DNA from: Macrostomum lignano
Taxonomy: Eukaryota
Direction of reading: 5' to 3'
DNA length: 64,000 bases
NCBI GenBank assembly: GCA_002269645.1
Contig: NIVC01003704.1
Span: 1 to 64,000 of the forward strand
Made by a program: the position numbers and the translations under genes. Positions 11,342 to 24,127 of this stretch are shown here, in pieces. Each line of letters starts with the position of its first letter. The stretch's first letter is position 1. The notes under the pieces are model-generated. The model had not been told where the DNA came from and searched no databases. It was given only the letters and a program-made list of their open reading frames with translations.

Positions 11342-14300
11342 ATGCCACTAATCAGGGCAAATTTAAAATATCGCCACTTATTTGGTGAGCAAGTTCGCAA
11401 AGACCAACAATTTGAAAATGTTCCAATTAGTCGCAATGCTCATGATGGCCAATTTGTGGCTGTTAATTCAGAATTTCTAGCTGTGAGCTGCGAATCATCT
11501 GGTGGTGGCTCTTTCCTTATTCTTCCTATTGACAAGGTGAGCATAAATACAATTTCTTTTTTGATAACTGGTTAGCTTGCTCTATCTTATTTAGCTAGTT
11601 GATATTAGTTTTTTGGAGTTCTAGCTAGTTGTTGGACTCCTAGCTAGCTAAAATCCCAGCTATTAGGAGTCCCAGCTGCCTGGAATCCCAGCTATTAGGA
11701 GTCCCAGCTGCCTAGAATCCCAGCTATTAGGAGTCCCAGCTGCCTAGAATCCCAGCTATTAGGGGTCCCAGCTGGCTGGAATCCCAGCTATTAGGAGTCT
11801 CAGCTGCCTGGAATCCCAGCTATTAGGAGTCCCTGGCTGGCTGGAATCCCAGCTATTAGGAATCCCAGCCAGATTGCTATGCGCTAATTATTTCTCACCA
11901 CCCAACACACAGCCGGGCCGTCTGTCGCCATTGAATCTGCACAAAATATGCGGCCACTCCAGCGCCATAATTGACTTAGCCTGGAATCCCTTCGACGACC
12001 GGGTGCTGGCCACAGCCTCTGAGGATGGCTACGTGAAGCTCTGGCGCGTCGCCGACCCGTCGGAGGTGTCGCCGGCGGCCGAATTGGAGCACAACCGTCG
12101 GCTGCTGTACACCGCCTGGCATCCGGCTGCTGCGGACGTCCTGTTGACTGCGTCATACGACTGCGAGGTGGCCGTGTGGGCCGACTGCCGGCTGTGCAGC
12201 ACTATAGGCCATCCAGATCACGTCAACAGCATCGCCTGGAGCCCGGACGGTCGCCTGCTAGCCAGCACCTGCAAGGACCGTCTGGCCAGGGTGATGGACC
12301 CGCGCAGCGGCTGCACAGTGGCTAAATGGACCTGCCATACGGGGGCAAAAATTAGCAAGATCCTATTCTCGGACGATTGCCGGTTGTTAACTACGGGATT
12401 TAGCGAGTACAGTCAGCGTCAGTACGCGCTGTGGGATCTGGTGAGTTAGAATTATTTGTGTTTTAATTGCGGATGGACTTGAATCTATAATTTGGGGGAG
12501 TATGGTGTAATTTTATTGAATAAAAGTCAATGTCTCGGGTCTTGCGCTGTTGGATTTTTCGTCTACTATTAAAGTTATTGTATTGTAGTGTAATATTTAT
12601 GATTTAATCGTGAAATGAAGAGAAACCAGGTTGTAGCCTAGTGGTCAGAGCGTCGGACCCACGACTGAAAGGTCGGGGGTTCGATTCTCGACTCACTCGG
12701 AACAATTTGTGTCCTTGAGCAAGACACTCAACTCTGCATTGCTTCAGTTCACCCAGCTGTAAAATGAGTGCCAGCTGCCAGCATTAGCTGGGGTAATTGA
12801 GGGTGTGTGTGGCCACCCCCCCCCCCAATCCTTGGACTGAACAGCCGTACGCAGCCTTCAGATGCGCCGCGCAATAGCTGCGGCTGAGCTGTCGGTTGCA
12901 CATCTGCACATTAGGGTAGATGTAATCAATTATTACTATCTTTTTTGTATAGAGTAAAAATGTTTTATTTCGCAAAGAAAGTTAAGCAAAATCATTTAAA
13001 TTAGATTCGTATCCCCGATTAGATGGTCTCTTGTCTTGTCGGCTTTGAATTTTTGTTTAATTCTCTTCTTCTGATCTCAATTCCAATATGAGAAATAGGA
13101 GTTTGAGGACATGCAAATTAAAGGCAGACAGTCGTAAATGAACAGATTTTTAACAAAAAGCATTCTTTCCTTTGTCCTCAATTGTGGACCCACTTCGTTA
13201 AAATTTAGCAAATTTATACATGCGCCAGCATAACTACATGCTGCTTTCTCTCTGTCTCTTGAACTAGCTAATGAAATCTTGTGCCAGATGAAGCATAGAA
13301 AGCTTTTAAATTGTTTGCTACATTCTTGTTTAACTTTAATAGTCGAACTGCGTAATTACCGTATGAATTAGATAGACAAAGTGCCTGCATATTATGATGT
13401 TGCAGAGTTATTTACTGCTGGCTTTTAGAAGCCTGCTAAGTTTGCTCTCAGTCTGGAATTTTATCTTTTTCAATCGGGTTACGTAAATGCGCAATCCAGC
13501 TACTTTAAGTAGTTTGTATTTCAGTAATTTAAGTACTGGTGTGCATAACAAAGACGAATTTGATTTTTAAGTAATATTCTCTGGATACTACTTTCTACTT
13601 AATCGTATTAGTAGTATAAGACACATTACTAATCATTTAATCATTTATAATGCAGTATGACAAATCAATTCTTTTTTTAACAGAACAAAACAAGCCGCGC
13701 CTTGCACAGCGACGAAGTCGACTCGAGTTCGGGCGTTCTGCTGCCCTATTACGACCCCGACTGCAGCCTGCTCTACTTAGCGGGCCGCGGCGACGGCAAT
13801 ATTCGTTTCTACGAAATTAGCCGGGGCCGGCTGCACTTTCTCAATCAGTTCAGCACGCACAGTCCGCAGAAGTGCATCGCCCAGCTGCCTAAACGGGCAC
13901 TGGATCGTTCGCTGTGCGAAGTTGGCCGGCTCTATCGGCTGCACGTGGCTTCGAATGTTGTCGAACCAGTCCGGGTCATCGCTCCCCGGCGCGGTCATCA
14001 CGTGTCCGACATTTATCCGCCCGCCGCGGCGCCAATTCCTGCGCTAGGCGCCGATCAATGGCTGGCTGGCGCCAATCGCGACCCGGTGCGAGTGTCCCTA
14101 TCAACTGGCGAGATTATCAACCCGCCGCTGCCGCCGCCGCAGAAGCCGCAGTCGCCTCCGCAGGCGCCGCAAGCGCAGTCGTCAAGTTCAAATGGAGGCG
14201 ACCCGACGCACCAGCTGACCCCGGGCACACTGCGCAACATCCAGCATCTGGTGCAGGCTGCGTCTCCACCCAGGCCGACTCTCAACTCGGAGACGGCGGC

Positions 14301-15891
14301 TTCGACCCCGGCAGATCCAGCTGCCGCAGCACCCGACACCGCCGCCACGGCTGCACCAGCTGGCACCAGCTGCGGACCAGAGAAATTCTCTCGTCTGTTA
14401 GAGAAATTCCAGCATCTTGATTCTCCATCAACTGTCGCTATTGAAGGCGGCGGCCCGTTCTCTGGTCGACGATCGCAGAGTTTTCGACATCCGCGCTCGT
14501 CTAGGCCTGTGTTTGCTGTCAATTCCGCTTCTTCCACTGCTGCCGCTGCCACTGCTGCCGCTGCTGCTGCTGGCCCCGCCGCTGTCGCAGCCGCTGACGA
14601 CTCCACTCTGAATACCAGCGCGTCTGTTAAACGTCGAGCCTCAACTGTTACTACTAGTAGCGTGGTTGTCCGGCCGCAATTGAAGAATTCCACTGCTCGG
14701 GTTAGTTATTGATTGTTTATTGTCATTTTCAATAAATCAGCGGGATTTGAATTAGTATCCTACAATTGCTATAATTACTCACTTAGATTTCGCCCCAGGA
14801 GCCCAGTCCAGGCGGGGATGCCTCAGCTGCTGTTAGCAACAGTGCCTGCGGACCAACTGCCGACATGGACTCGTCCTCTGGCCGGCCTGATGCCGTTTCA
14901 ACTGAAGAGGTCAGTGCGAGCTTCAGTGTTCAGTTTCAGGCTGTAATGAGGCTCAGTTTCAGGCTGTAATGAGGCTTAGTTTCAGGCTGTAATGAGGCTC
15001 AGTTTCAGGCTGTAATGAGGCTCAGTTTCAGGCTGTAATGAGGCTCAGTTTCAGGCTGTAATGAGGCTCAGTTTCAGGCTGTAATGAGGCTCAGTTTCTG
15101 GCTGTAATGAGGCTCAGTTTCAGGCTGTGATGAGGCTCAGTCTCAGGCTTTGATGAGGCTCAGTTTCAGGCTGTGATGAGGCTCAGTTTCAGGCTGTGAT
15201 GAGGCTCAGTTTCAGGCTGTAATGAGGCTCAGTTTCAGGCTGTAATGAGGCTCAGTTTCAGGCTGTAATGAGGCTTAGTTTCAGGCTGTAATGAGGCTCA
15301 GTTTCAGGCTGTAATGAGGCTCAGTTTCAGGCTGTAATGAGGCTCAGTTTCAGGCTGTAATGAGGCTCAGTTTCAGGCTGTAATGAGGCTCAGTTTCAGG
15401 CTGTAATGAGGCTCAGTTTCAGGCTGTAATGAGGCTTAGTTTCAGGCTGTAATGAGGCTCAGTTTCAGGCTGTAATGAGGCTCAGTTTCAGGCTGTAATG
15501 AGGCTCAGTTTCAGGCTGTAATGAGGCTCAGTTTCAGGCTGTAATGAGGCTCAGTTTCAGGCTGTAATGAGGCTCAGTTTCAGGCTGTAATGAGGCTCAG
15601 TTTCAGGCTGTAATGAGGCTCAGTTTCAGGCTGTAATGAGGCTCAGTTTCAGGCTACATTCAGCCTCATTTAGTGACAGCTCAAACACCAGCCGCCATCT
15701 GTATGTCTCTCCAGCTAACCAGCCAGCTAGCGGCCAAAGATGTGGAGCTATCCAGCCTGCGGAAAGAGCTGGCCTTTCGAGATATGCGTCTAATGAGACT
15801 GGAGAAGGAGCTGCAGTCCAAGGAGAGCGAGCTGGTGTATCTCAGGACTCTGCTGAGACGCTACGGTGACAGCCGGTCAAGCCAGTGCTGA
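11342..15891 (+). CDS. CORO2B: Coronin (WD40 propeller, unique region, C-terminal coiled coil), coronin-2-like; exons 11342-11536, 11913-12440, 13684-14700, 14799-14909, 15715-15891
   Basis: KYRHLFG, ESSGGGSFLILP, DLAWNPFDDRVLATASEDG, LLTTGFSEYSQRQYALWD, DSSSGVLLPYYDPD..LYLAGRGDGNIRFYE, coiled coil KDVELSSLRKELAFRDMRLMRLEKEL. All four introns are GT-AG, phase 0. The paralog-level symbol is tentative. Confidence 0.93.
11635..11872. repeat. ~32-bp minisatellite (CCCAGCTATTAGGAGTCCCAGCTGCCTAGAAT) in coronin intron 1
   Basis: About 7 tandem units ending ~40 bp before the exon 2 acceptor. Confidence 0.9.
12626..12935 (+). mobile_element. tRNA-derived SINE with CORE-like central domain in coronin intron 2
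   Basis: Pol III A box TAGCCTAGTGG (12634-12644), B box GGTTCGATTCT (12678-12688). 12708-12768 (TGTGTCCTTGAGCAAGACACTCAAC...CTTCAGTTCACCCAGCTGTAAAATG) aligns by eye to the MIR/CORE consensus. The 3' end is uncertain. Confidence 0.8.
14925..15657. repeat. 23-bp minisatellite (TCAGTTTCAGGCTGTAATGAGGC) filling coronin intron 4
   Basis: About 31 near-identical units starting ~15 bp after the donor. Confidence 0.98.
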
Positions 15892-17269
15892 CTGCAGGAT
15901 GACCTTCATTTAACCATCTGTCTGTCTATCACCTGATCTATATGCTTGTTTTCTAAGAAAAGTCTTCGCTTCCAAATTCGAATTTATGGCGAGTAAGTTG
16001 ATAATAAAGTTAATAGAGGGACAGTTCAAAGTGAATCAAGTGAGGGCACTGCGTATGCATACCGGTATATACGTTTCGTCACTAGTCAGTTTTTGCACTA
16101 GTAACAAAATGACAGCACCATCACATAATACTATATTTAGTAGCTTTGCCAGTGTAATTATTGCAGATCCTCTTTTTAGCGATCACACCAGCGGTATGCG
16201 TGCTTTTATGCGTTTTTAAAAATTATATAACTATTTAAACATAACATTGCCCAGTATTCACCATTCCAATATGCTGTGTATAAAAATATTAATTCACATT
16301 GTTTTTTGTTGTTTCAGACCCTTTCTATGGTTACCTTGTGAATTATTATTTTTTTTTTACTTTTTTTCGGGGGAAGTTTCATTCCATGCAAAAAATGTTT
16401 GCTATGCTACTTAGAACTTGAAGTAAGTAGTGTAGTTTGCGTTTGCGGCTATGCTGATCTCTTTTCTCTCTTAAAATACAAATAACTGTCAATCCAGAAC
16501 TTATAAGACAATAGGTTTGCATTGTTAGCTTGCGTTCCCTGTACACTTTCACATGCTCACTGCTCACCCTTACTATGCTACTGTTTTAATACTACTGTCG
16601 AGTGTGCTAATTTGTTGTTCTTTATGACTCAGCTTATGACTCAGCTGATCTGATTAACGATTAATATTCTGCCATGCGCCGAGTTTAGTCGCAAATTATC
16701 CCTGTAATTGTGCGTTTTCACAATCCTCCTCTGTTGTAGTTTTAAACAGCTTTGAGTAAACTATAAGGTATGAGTAAGGTACAGTATTGGCATTCGTAAG
16801 AGATTATATAATGCTGAACTGCCAAATTGTGTAATATCTAACTTGGTTTTAATCCCCATTAGGTTGTGCTTGACATCATAAACTAATTGTATATTGAAAA
16901 ACTACCATTCAGCTTTAGAAGTCAAAATCGTGAGCAATTCTCGTTCAATGTTAATTAAGTTTCTGTTAGAATTTTTACTATATAAATCAGTGATTTTTGT
17001 CAATAATTACAATTTAAATTGACAGCGTCAATAGCGCAAATAGATGAGTGAAATATTTATTGTGCTCCCTGTCAATAAAAAATACTTTTTACGTTGATAA
17101 ACATAAACAATACCTCTTATTCACAGCTAGCAGAAGGCCTAGTTTTCAGCATAAATTTTTGACATTTGAGAAAATTCTAAACTTCCTTTTTTCCAACAGA
17201 GTTACTTTATCAAGTTATATTTCATATTTTGGATTATGCCATTATCATCGTAAATCACAAATCCTAGAG

Positions 17270-17592
17270 TCGCCCATTAGCCAGTCCAATAATCGCCCAT
17301 TAGCCAGTCTTAGAATCGCCCATTAGCCAGTCTTAGAATCGCCCATTAGCCAGTCCAATAATCGCCCATTAGCCAGTTCAATAATCGCCCATTAGCCAGT
17401 CCAATAATCGCCCATTAGCCAGTCCAATAATCGCCCATTAGCCAGTCCAATAATCGCCCATTAGCCAGTTCAATAATCGCCCATTAGCCAGTCCAATAAT
17501 CGCCCATTAGCCAGTCCAATAATCGCCCATTAGCCAGTCCAATAATCGCCCATTAGCCAGTCCAATAATCGCCCATTAGCCAGTCCTAGAAT
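17270..17592. repeat. 23-bp minisatellite (AATCGCCCATTAGCCAGTCCAAT)
   Basis: About 14 tandem units. Confidence 0.96.
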
Positions 17593-18679
17593 CCAATCTA
17601 TCTGAGGCAGTTTTGGCTTCAGTAATGTACGGCAATCGCATCGGGTATATGCAGCTTAAATTCTCGCAAAAGAAGAATTGATTTGCATTTCACAGCTGGC
17701 TACATTATGAATTTCTCATGTTCCCAAAAACCCGATACAGTCTTACTAAGGTTACTGGGCTTCAATTTTAATCCTCATTCGGCCCCTGTATTGATTTCAT
17801 TCGGCTGAAAAAAGCAGAAAAAGAAACCAATCAAGTCGGGCAATGCAGATATTCGTCAAGAGCTCCAAGTCTGTGGATGCTGCTTGCTGTTTAGCAATAT
17901 TTGTACTTTTATTAGCAAACTCATTTTACCTGCAATGCTTGTTTTAATAGCACACAAAATTGTCCATTCTCGTTAGCAATAAATAAGCCACGTCATTATA
18001 GTAAGGCTGCAAAAAGCTCCGTAAGAAGCATGAAATGCAAAACTACAGCCGTGCAGCTGTTGATAGGCTGAAAGTGGAAACTGCTGAAGCGTGAGCTGAG
18101 CTCTCTATAGCACTTTTGCCGGGTTGTGCATGTACAGCGCAGCTCAGGAAAGGTATGAAGTGCCAACTCATAGAGGGAGGCACTGGAGAGAGCTAGAATC
18201 GATTGAATTTCTGCAGAACTCCTGGAGCATGAATTGCTGATTAGCTGCTTCTGTCCCGGCAGGTGAGACTGCGCTAGGCGAGAGAGTGACATTGCATTGA
18301 ATTGGCATCATAGCCTGCATGGGAACATGATGAAGGAGAAACTGGCATTAGATTAGTGAATGGGGATGCTTCTTTGAGGATCGGGGCCGGTTGCTGCTAC
18401 AAGCTATAGCTGGACCAGTTGCATGACAATGCAGCCTCGCTTTGTCGAGCCTCCGGGCAGTTTGAGATGAAACATTTCCAGCTAAAAACTCATAAAATTT
18501 TCTGCGAACGAACTCTGAGAAAGCTGACGCGAATTTCAATTTTATCCAACAAAAAACGAGAAAAAGAGCCCCGAAAAGGAAACACACTTTTCCTTTGAGA
18601 GCATGATGTATTATTTTTAAAATTATGCTTCTCTAAATTTTATATTTTCTCTACTTTTTTGTCCGTCTTTTCTTACTAG

Positions 18680-18784
18680 TGCCTGTCTGCCTGTCTTCTT
18701 AGTTAGCGTCTGTCTGTCTGTCTGTCTGCCTGCCTGTCTTCTTAGTGTCTGTCTGTCTGTCTGCCTGTCTGCCTGTCTTCATAG

Positions 18785-18825
<41 letters not shown>

Positions 18826-19348
18826 GCCTGTCTTCTTAGTGTCTGTCTGTCTGTTTGTCTGTCTGTCTTCTTAGTGTCTGTCTGTCTGTCTGTTTGTCTG
18901 CCTGTCTTCTTAGTGTCTGTCTGTCTGTCTGTCTGTTTTTCTGCCTGTCTTCTTAGTGCCTATCTGCCTGTCTTCTTAGTGTCTGTCTGTCTGTTTGTCT
19001 GTCTGTCTTCTTAGTGTCTGTCTGTCTGTCTGTCTGTTTGTCTGCCTGTCTTCTAAATGTCTGTCTGTCTGTCTGTCTGTCTGCCTGTCTTCTTAGTGTC
19101 TGTCTGTCTGTCTGCCTGTCTGCCTGTCTTCTTAGTGTCTGTCTGTCTGCCTGTCTTCTTAGTGTCTGTCTGTCTGTCTGTCTGCCTGTCTGCCTGACTT
19201 CTTAGTGTCTGTCTGTCTGCCTGTCTTCTTAGTGCCTAACTGCCTGTCTTCTTAGTGTCTGTCTGTCTGTCTTCTTAGTGTCTGTCTGTCTGTCTGTCTG
19301 CCTGTCTTCTTAGTGTCTGTCTGTCTGCCTGTCTGCCTGTCTTCTTAG

Positions 19349-19429
<81 letters not shown>

Positions 19430-19442
19430 TAGTATCTGTCTG
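18680..19442. repeat. Compound (TCTG)n array interrupted by CTTCTTAGTG
   Basis: Read directly. Confidence 0.95.
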
Positions 19443-20019
19443 TACACGTATCAGCCTTCATCTCTGTTTCCTTCAGCCTCTCCATTTTGGCCTATTCCAG
19501 GGTAGGCTGGCTCGCCATCGCTAATTTTCTTTTTATTCCTGTTTCCTCTCAGCCTGACCTCTACTTACTTGGCTTTTCTTATTTGTTGTTGCTGTCATTG
19601 CAATTTGGCGAATTCATTTTTCTTATCCACCCTCCCTTATTATTGCATTCGGATTTCATCGCTTGTCCCCCCCTCTGTCTGCCCCGCCCCCTCCAAGACT
19701 GCTGCCGCTGCCTCCAGCTCATTGCCATTATGGTGGCTGCTGATTGGTGCCTGGCTCAGGGGCGGAAGCCATAGGCCAAAATAGCTGGGAAAGAGGAGTT
19801 GTAGATGGAAGATTGAGGGGAATATATAGCTGGTGAAGTTTTGGGGGATTGTTCCGATCGATACTCTTGGTAGCTTTACGAGTAGTCTTTGACAACCGTT
19901 TTACACTGACTGGAAAGGAAAGCTGGCTTACATTTAACTGCCCGTGAGTTCGGTGAGTTGCCTGCTCGATGTTGACAAGTTGCGTTCGGATGAACCAGCG
20001 GATATACGCCAGTCCAGCC

Positions 20020-20315
20020 CTTGAGTCCCGACTCTACCTTATCTCAGGCTGGTGGACTCTCATCTTCTATTCCCGACTCTACCCCATCTCAGGCTGGTGG
20101 ACTCTCATCTTCCATTCCCGACCCTACCCCATCTCAGGCTGGTGGACTCTCACCCTCTGAGTCCTGACTCCCCATCTCAGGCTGGTGGACTCTCATCTTC
20201 CAGTACCGACTCTACTAGATCTCAGACTGGTGGACTATTATCTCTGGTCAAACTTCTTCCTACCCTCAAGAGTCGCGACTGGTCTGCCTCATCTCTGGTC
20301 AGACTCCTTCCTACC
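20020..20315. repeat. Degenerate ~42-bp repeat (CCCCATCTCAGGCTGGTGGACTCTCATC...)
   Basis: About 6-7 diverged units. Confidence 0.8.
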
Positions 20316-21502
20316 CACAGAGTCGCGGCACAAATCGCTGAAATGTTGAACAGTAGCAAATCGAAGCAATCTGAGATCATATTTTTCCTGGAATCAGCTC
20401 CCCGCATTCTGGGAATCTGATACTCTCGATTCAGTAACAGAAATAGGCGGAGGCGGCAGGGAGAAGCGGCTTTGGCTGTCAGTTGCTTCTGTTCGTGCTA
20501 AGCGAAATGTCAGTTGCTTGGCCCTGTTCTGTTGTCTTTTGCGCGCTCCGCTCCGCCAGAATTCCTCTAGTTACACACTCGGCATGGCTGGGAGGCGGTT
20601 CTCGTACGCAGCCAGGCGTGAGAGCATCGGGTGTACAAATCCCGCTTGCCTGATGCGGCTGGGGTCGCACTTCAAGGCTACCGGGGGGGGGGGGCTGGAA
20701 CGGGCAAGCGGCACACAGATAAAGCCAATGGGTGAGGATCGGAGGCCTCGTTTCGGTACAGAGAAGTGGCAGGTTCTGTTTTTTCTCTCTAACCCCCCCC
20801 CCCTAAGGAGCTACTTCACCTTGAAGCTTTGGCAAGCTGTGGGGCGGACTTTTAACTCCATCCTCCGCTTACATTTTACGCAGCTGTGCCCCGGCTGGTG
20901 TAACTACAGTCGAACTGGGGTCCCCGATAGACAGCTGATTGGAATTGGCCCAGAAAGGGGACACTGGCCGTGAGGAAACGGGAAGATGGAGAACGCGCTA
21001 GGCGAGGAGATTTTGTGAGGCTTGAAATATAGGGAACTGTGGCTGCCTAGTTGGGATAATGTTTCTCATTAAGAATCCCACACTGGAGAAAGTGGCAAAG
21101 CGCGACTCCGATATTGGAGTTCACTCGGGACGAATCCAGTTAGCTTCACGTGCTCAGAGGCAGCCAGAGAGAGGGGGGTTCTCAAGAACAAATCGATTCT
21201 CCTCGTTGTTTTTCTTATCCCAACTCAGAATTGGGGGTTTCTCGGCTGGAAAATGAAGCCAATTTCCTTTTTTGTGGAGGCTGCGTGTGTGCGAAGCGAT
21301 AGTGTCTTTAGGATGATTGTTAGCAAAGTTGCGTGTACTTTTGACAGCCTGAGAAGCCGACTGAAACAAGCTGTGAAGGATTCGCAGCTGCCATCTGTTG
21401 AGATGCATCAGGTGCAATACTTGAATTGTTCATGCTGCTTGAGAACTGCTTGAAACTGCTCCGCTGAGATGAGTGCATCTGCTTGCTAGTAGATCTGTGA
21501 GT

Positions 21503-22412
21503 GGGATCTGATAGGATAATCTACAGAAAAAATCTGCTGGCTGGGAGAATCTACAGAAAGAATCTGCTGGCTGGGAGAATCTACAGAAAGAATCTGCTAG
21601 CTAGGAGAATCTACAGAAAGAATCTGCTAGCTAGGAGAATCTACAGAAAGAATCTGCTAGCTAGGAGAATCTACAGAAAGAATCTGCAGGCTGCGAGAAT
21701 TTACAGAAAGAATCTGATAGCTAAGAGAATCTACAGAAAGAATCTGATAGCTGGGAGAATCTACAGAAAGAATCTGATAGCTGGGAGAATCTACAGAAAG
21801 AATCTGATAGCTAAGAGAATTTCCAGAAAGAATCTGATAGCTGGGAGAATCTACAGAAAGAATATGATAGCTAAGAGAATTTACAGAAAGAATCTGATAG
21901 CTGGGAGAATCTACAGAAAGAATCTGATAGCTGGGAGAATCTACAGAAAGAATCTGATAGCTAAGAGAATCTACAGAAAGAATCTGATAGCTAAGAGAAT
22001 CTACAGAAAGAATCTGATAGCTGGGAGAATCTACAGAAAGAATCTGATAGCTGGGAGAATCTACAGAAAGAATCTGATAGCTGGGAGAATCTACAGAAAG
22101 AATCTGATAGCTAAGAGAATTTCCAGAAAGAATCTGATAGCTGGGAGAATCTACAGAAAGAATCTGATAGCTAAGAGAATTTACAGAAAGAATCTGATAG
22201 CTGGGAGAATCTACAGAAAGAATCTGATAGCTAAGAGAATCTACAGAAAGAATCTGATAGCTAAGAGAATCTACAGAAAGAATCTGATAGCTGGGAGAAT
22301 CTACAGAAAGAATCTGATAGCTGGGAGAATCTACAGAAAGAATCTGATAGCTAAGAGAATCTACAGAAAGAATCTGATAGCTAAGAGAATCTACAGAAGG
22401 AATCTGCAGGCT
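21503..22412. repeat. 30-bp minisatellite (AATCTACAGAAAGAATCTGATAGCTGGGAG)
   Basis: About 30 units; source of the spurious RIYRKNLIAG ORF. Confidence 0.98.
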
Positions 22413-23134
22413 TAAGAAACTGCCGGGAGGCATTGCCTGTTTTAACTGCAGCAAAAATATTCAAACCAATCTGGCGCGACAGTCTGCCATCTCAAGCAGA
22501 AATCTACTTAAATAAAAGAAAAAAACTAGGTCACGCAGTCAATACCAGATTAGCCAGCCGAATTAGGAATAATATTTTGTTTTGCTCTGCTAACCCCCCC
22601 GGACTCCTCAGAGTCCTGGCCGGCATCTTGAATCTGCAGGCCCAGCACAAGTGTGGTATTTCGCTTCGGCGAGATCCTCACAGCTACCTGAAATATTGAT
22701 GAGGCTACAGGGCGGCCCAATCTATCGGAAAACTCAGCACTACCCGCACAGTTCAGAGGCAGAATTTCGCTGGGCCACTATCCTATACTAGTATACCAGG
22801 GTCAGTATACTGTGCTGCGGGACCTCATTCTGAGGAATAAAATCCTCGAGCTGCTTCGAATGAGCCCAAAAAGTTTTCTGTCCCTCCCTCCCTCTGCGAG
22901 GGCTCAAATAAATCCCCCCATGCCAGTCCCGAAATCCCAGAAACTGATAGAGAAATAGAAAAACTATAATTTAATCCCCTCGCTAAGCTGGAGGCTGACG
23001 GGCTGGGAAGCTGCCGAATAATGGAGATGGGGATCAGGGGATCGAGGCGTGCCGCCGGATATTGTATTTTATGGCGGCTTTGGCGACCGGCTCTTTTAAA
23101 TCCCCATTTTCTAATCATCATAGATCACTTCGTC

Positions 23135-23385
23135 ATCCATCCCATCTGTGTCCGATCTCTATCCCATCTGTGTCCGATCTCTATCCCATCTGTGTCCGAT
23201 CTCTATCCGATCTCTATCCGATCTCTATCCGATCTCTATCCGATCTGTATCTGATCTCTATCCGATCTGTATCCGAACTCTATCCGATCTGTATCTGATC
23301 TCTATCCGATCTTTATCCGATCTCTATCCGATCTCTATCCGATCTTTATCCGATGTCTATCCGATCTCAATCCAATCTATATCCG
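23135..23385. repeat. 11/22-bp minisatellite (CCGATCTCTAT; CCCATCTGTGTCCGATCTCTAT)
   Basis: Read directly. Confidence 0.93.
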
Positions 23386-24127
23386 ATCCATATCATTGTT
23401 TTTTCTCTAACTGTGTGAAATAATTCTAGAACTTTTTGGAATTTATTTACCTGATTTCTAAGCTAAACTAACAGTAATTTTTATCAAGCACACAAATGGC
23501 TTTCCAATATCAGCTGGCCCCAAGTCTGATAGGCAGCCGCAAAAGTGCACACGCTGTATACCCAGGGGACTCGCCGAAGGTTGCAACTCCAGCAGCTCCC
23601 AGCAGTCAAGCGCCGTCATCCTACTTGAGGAGCATAGCAACTGTCGATTGCTATTTTATAGGCCAAGCAAAAATTTGCGGTAGAACTGAACAACTTCGAC
23701 CAACAAGGCACAGCTCAGTAGTTCATGAGTTGCGATAAAAGTGCATCCCTGCTCACCCCCTCTCGCTTGAGCGCTCAACTTCCCGCTGCTAAGAGCCTAA
23801 AGGACGGGCAGCTATCAGTCTGCGGAACATGCAATATTTCTACTGCTATCTGCTTATTAAAAGCAGCAATAAACCAATAAAAGTACAAATTCCAATCGAG
23901 TCTTATGGAGAAAATTTTCGACTCATATTTCGGACCGGACATCAAATCTGTTTGCTATGCTGCGCTACGGCTCGCGAATTTTGCAGCTTGATCAAAGAGT
24001 TTTTCTCTGCCCGTAGCAACAAATGAGGACGGCAACGATCAATAAGCAAGCACTTTATCGACGCTGCGGCCAAGGACCACTAGACAATAGTAACTGGACG
24101 GGAATATAACATTGCTGAGCGCGATCA

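Noticed and set aside
12626-12700. Functional tRNA gene
   Set aside because: A and B boxes are present but the anticodon and acceptor stems do not pair well, there is no T-run terminator, and a SINE CORE-like block follows.
16622-16645. Tandem TTATGACTCAGC x2 (AP-1/ARE-like site or excision footprint)
   Set aside because: A single short duplication in a genome prone to local duplication, with no supporting context.
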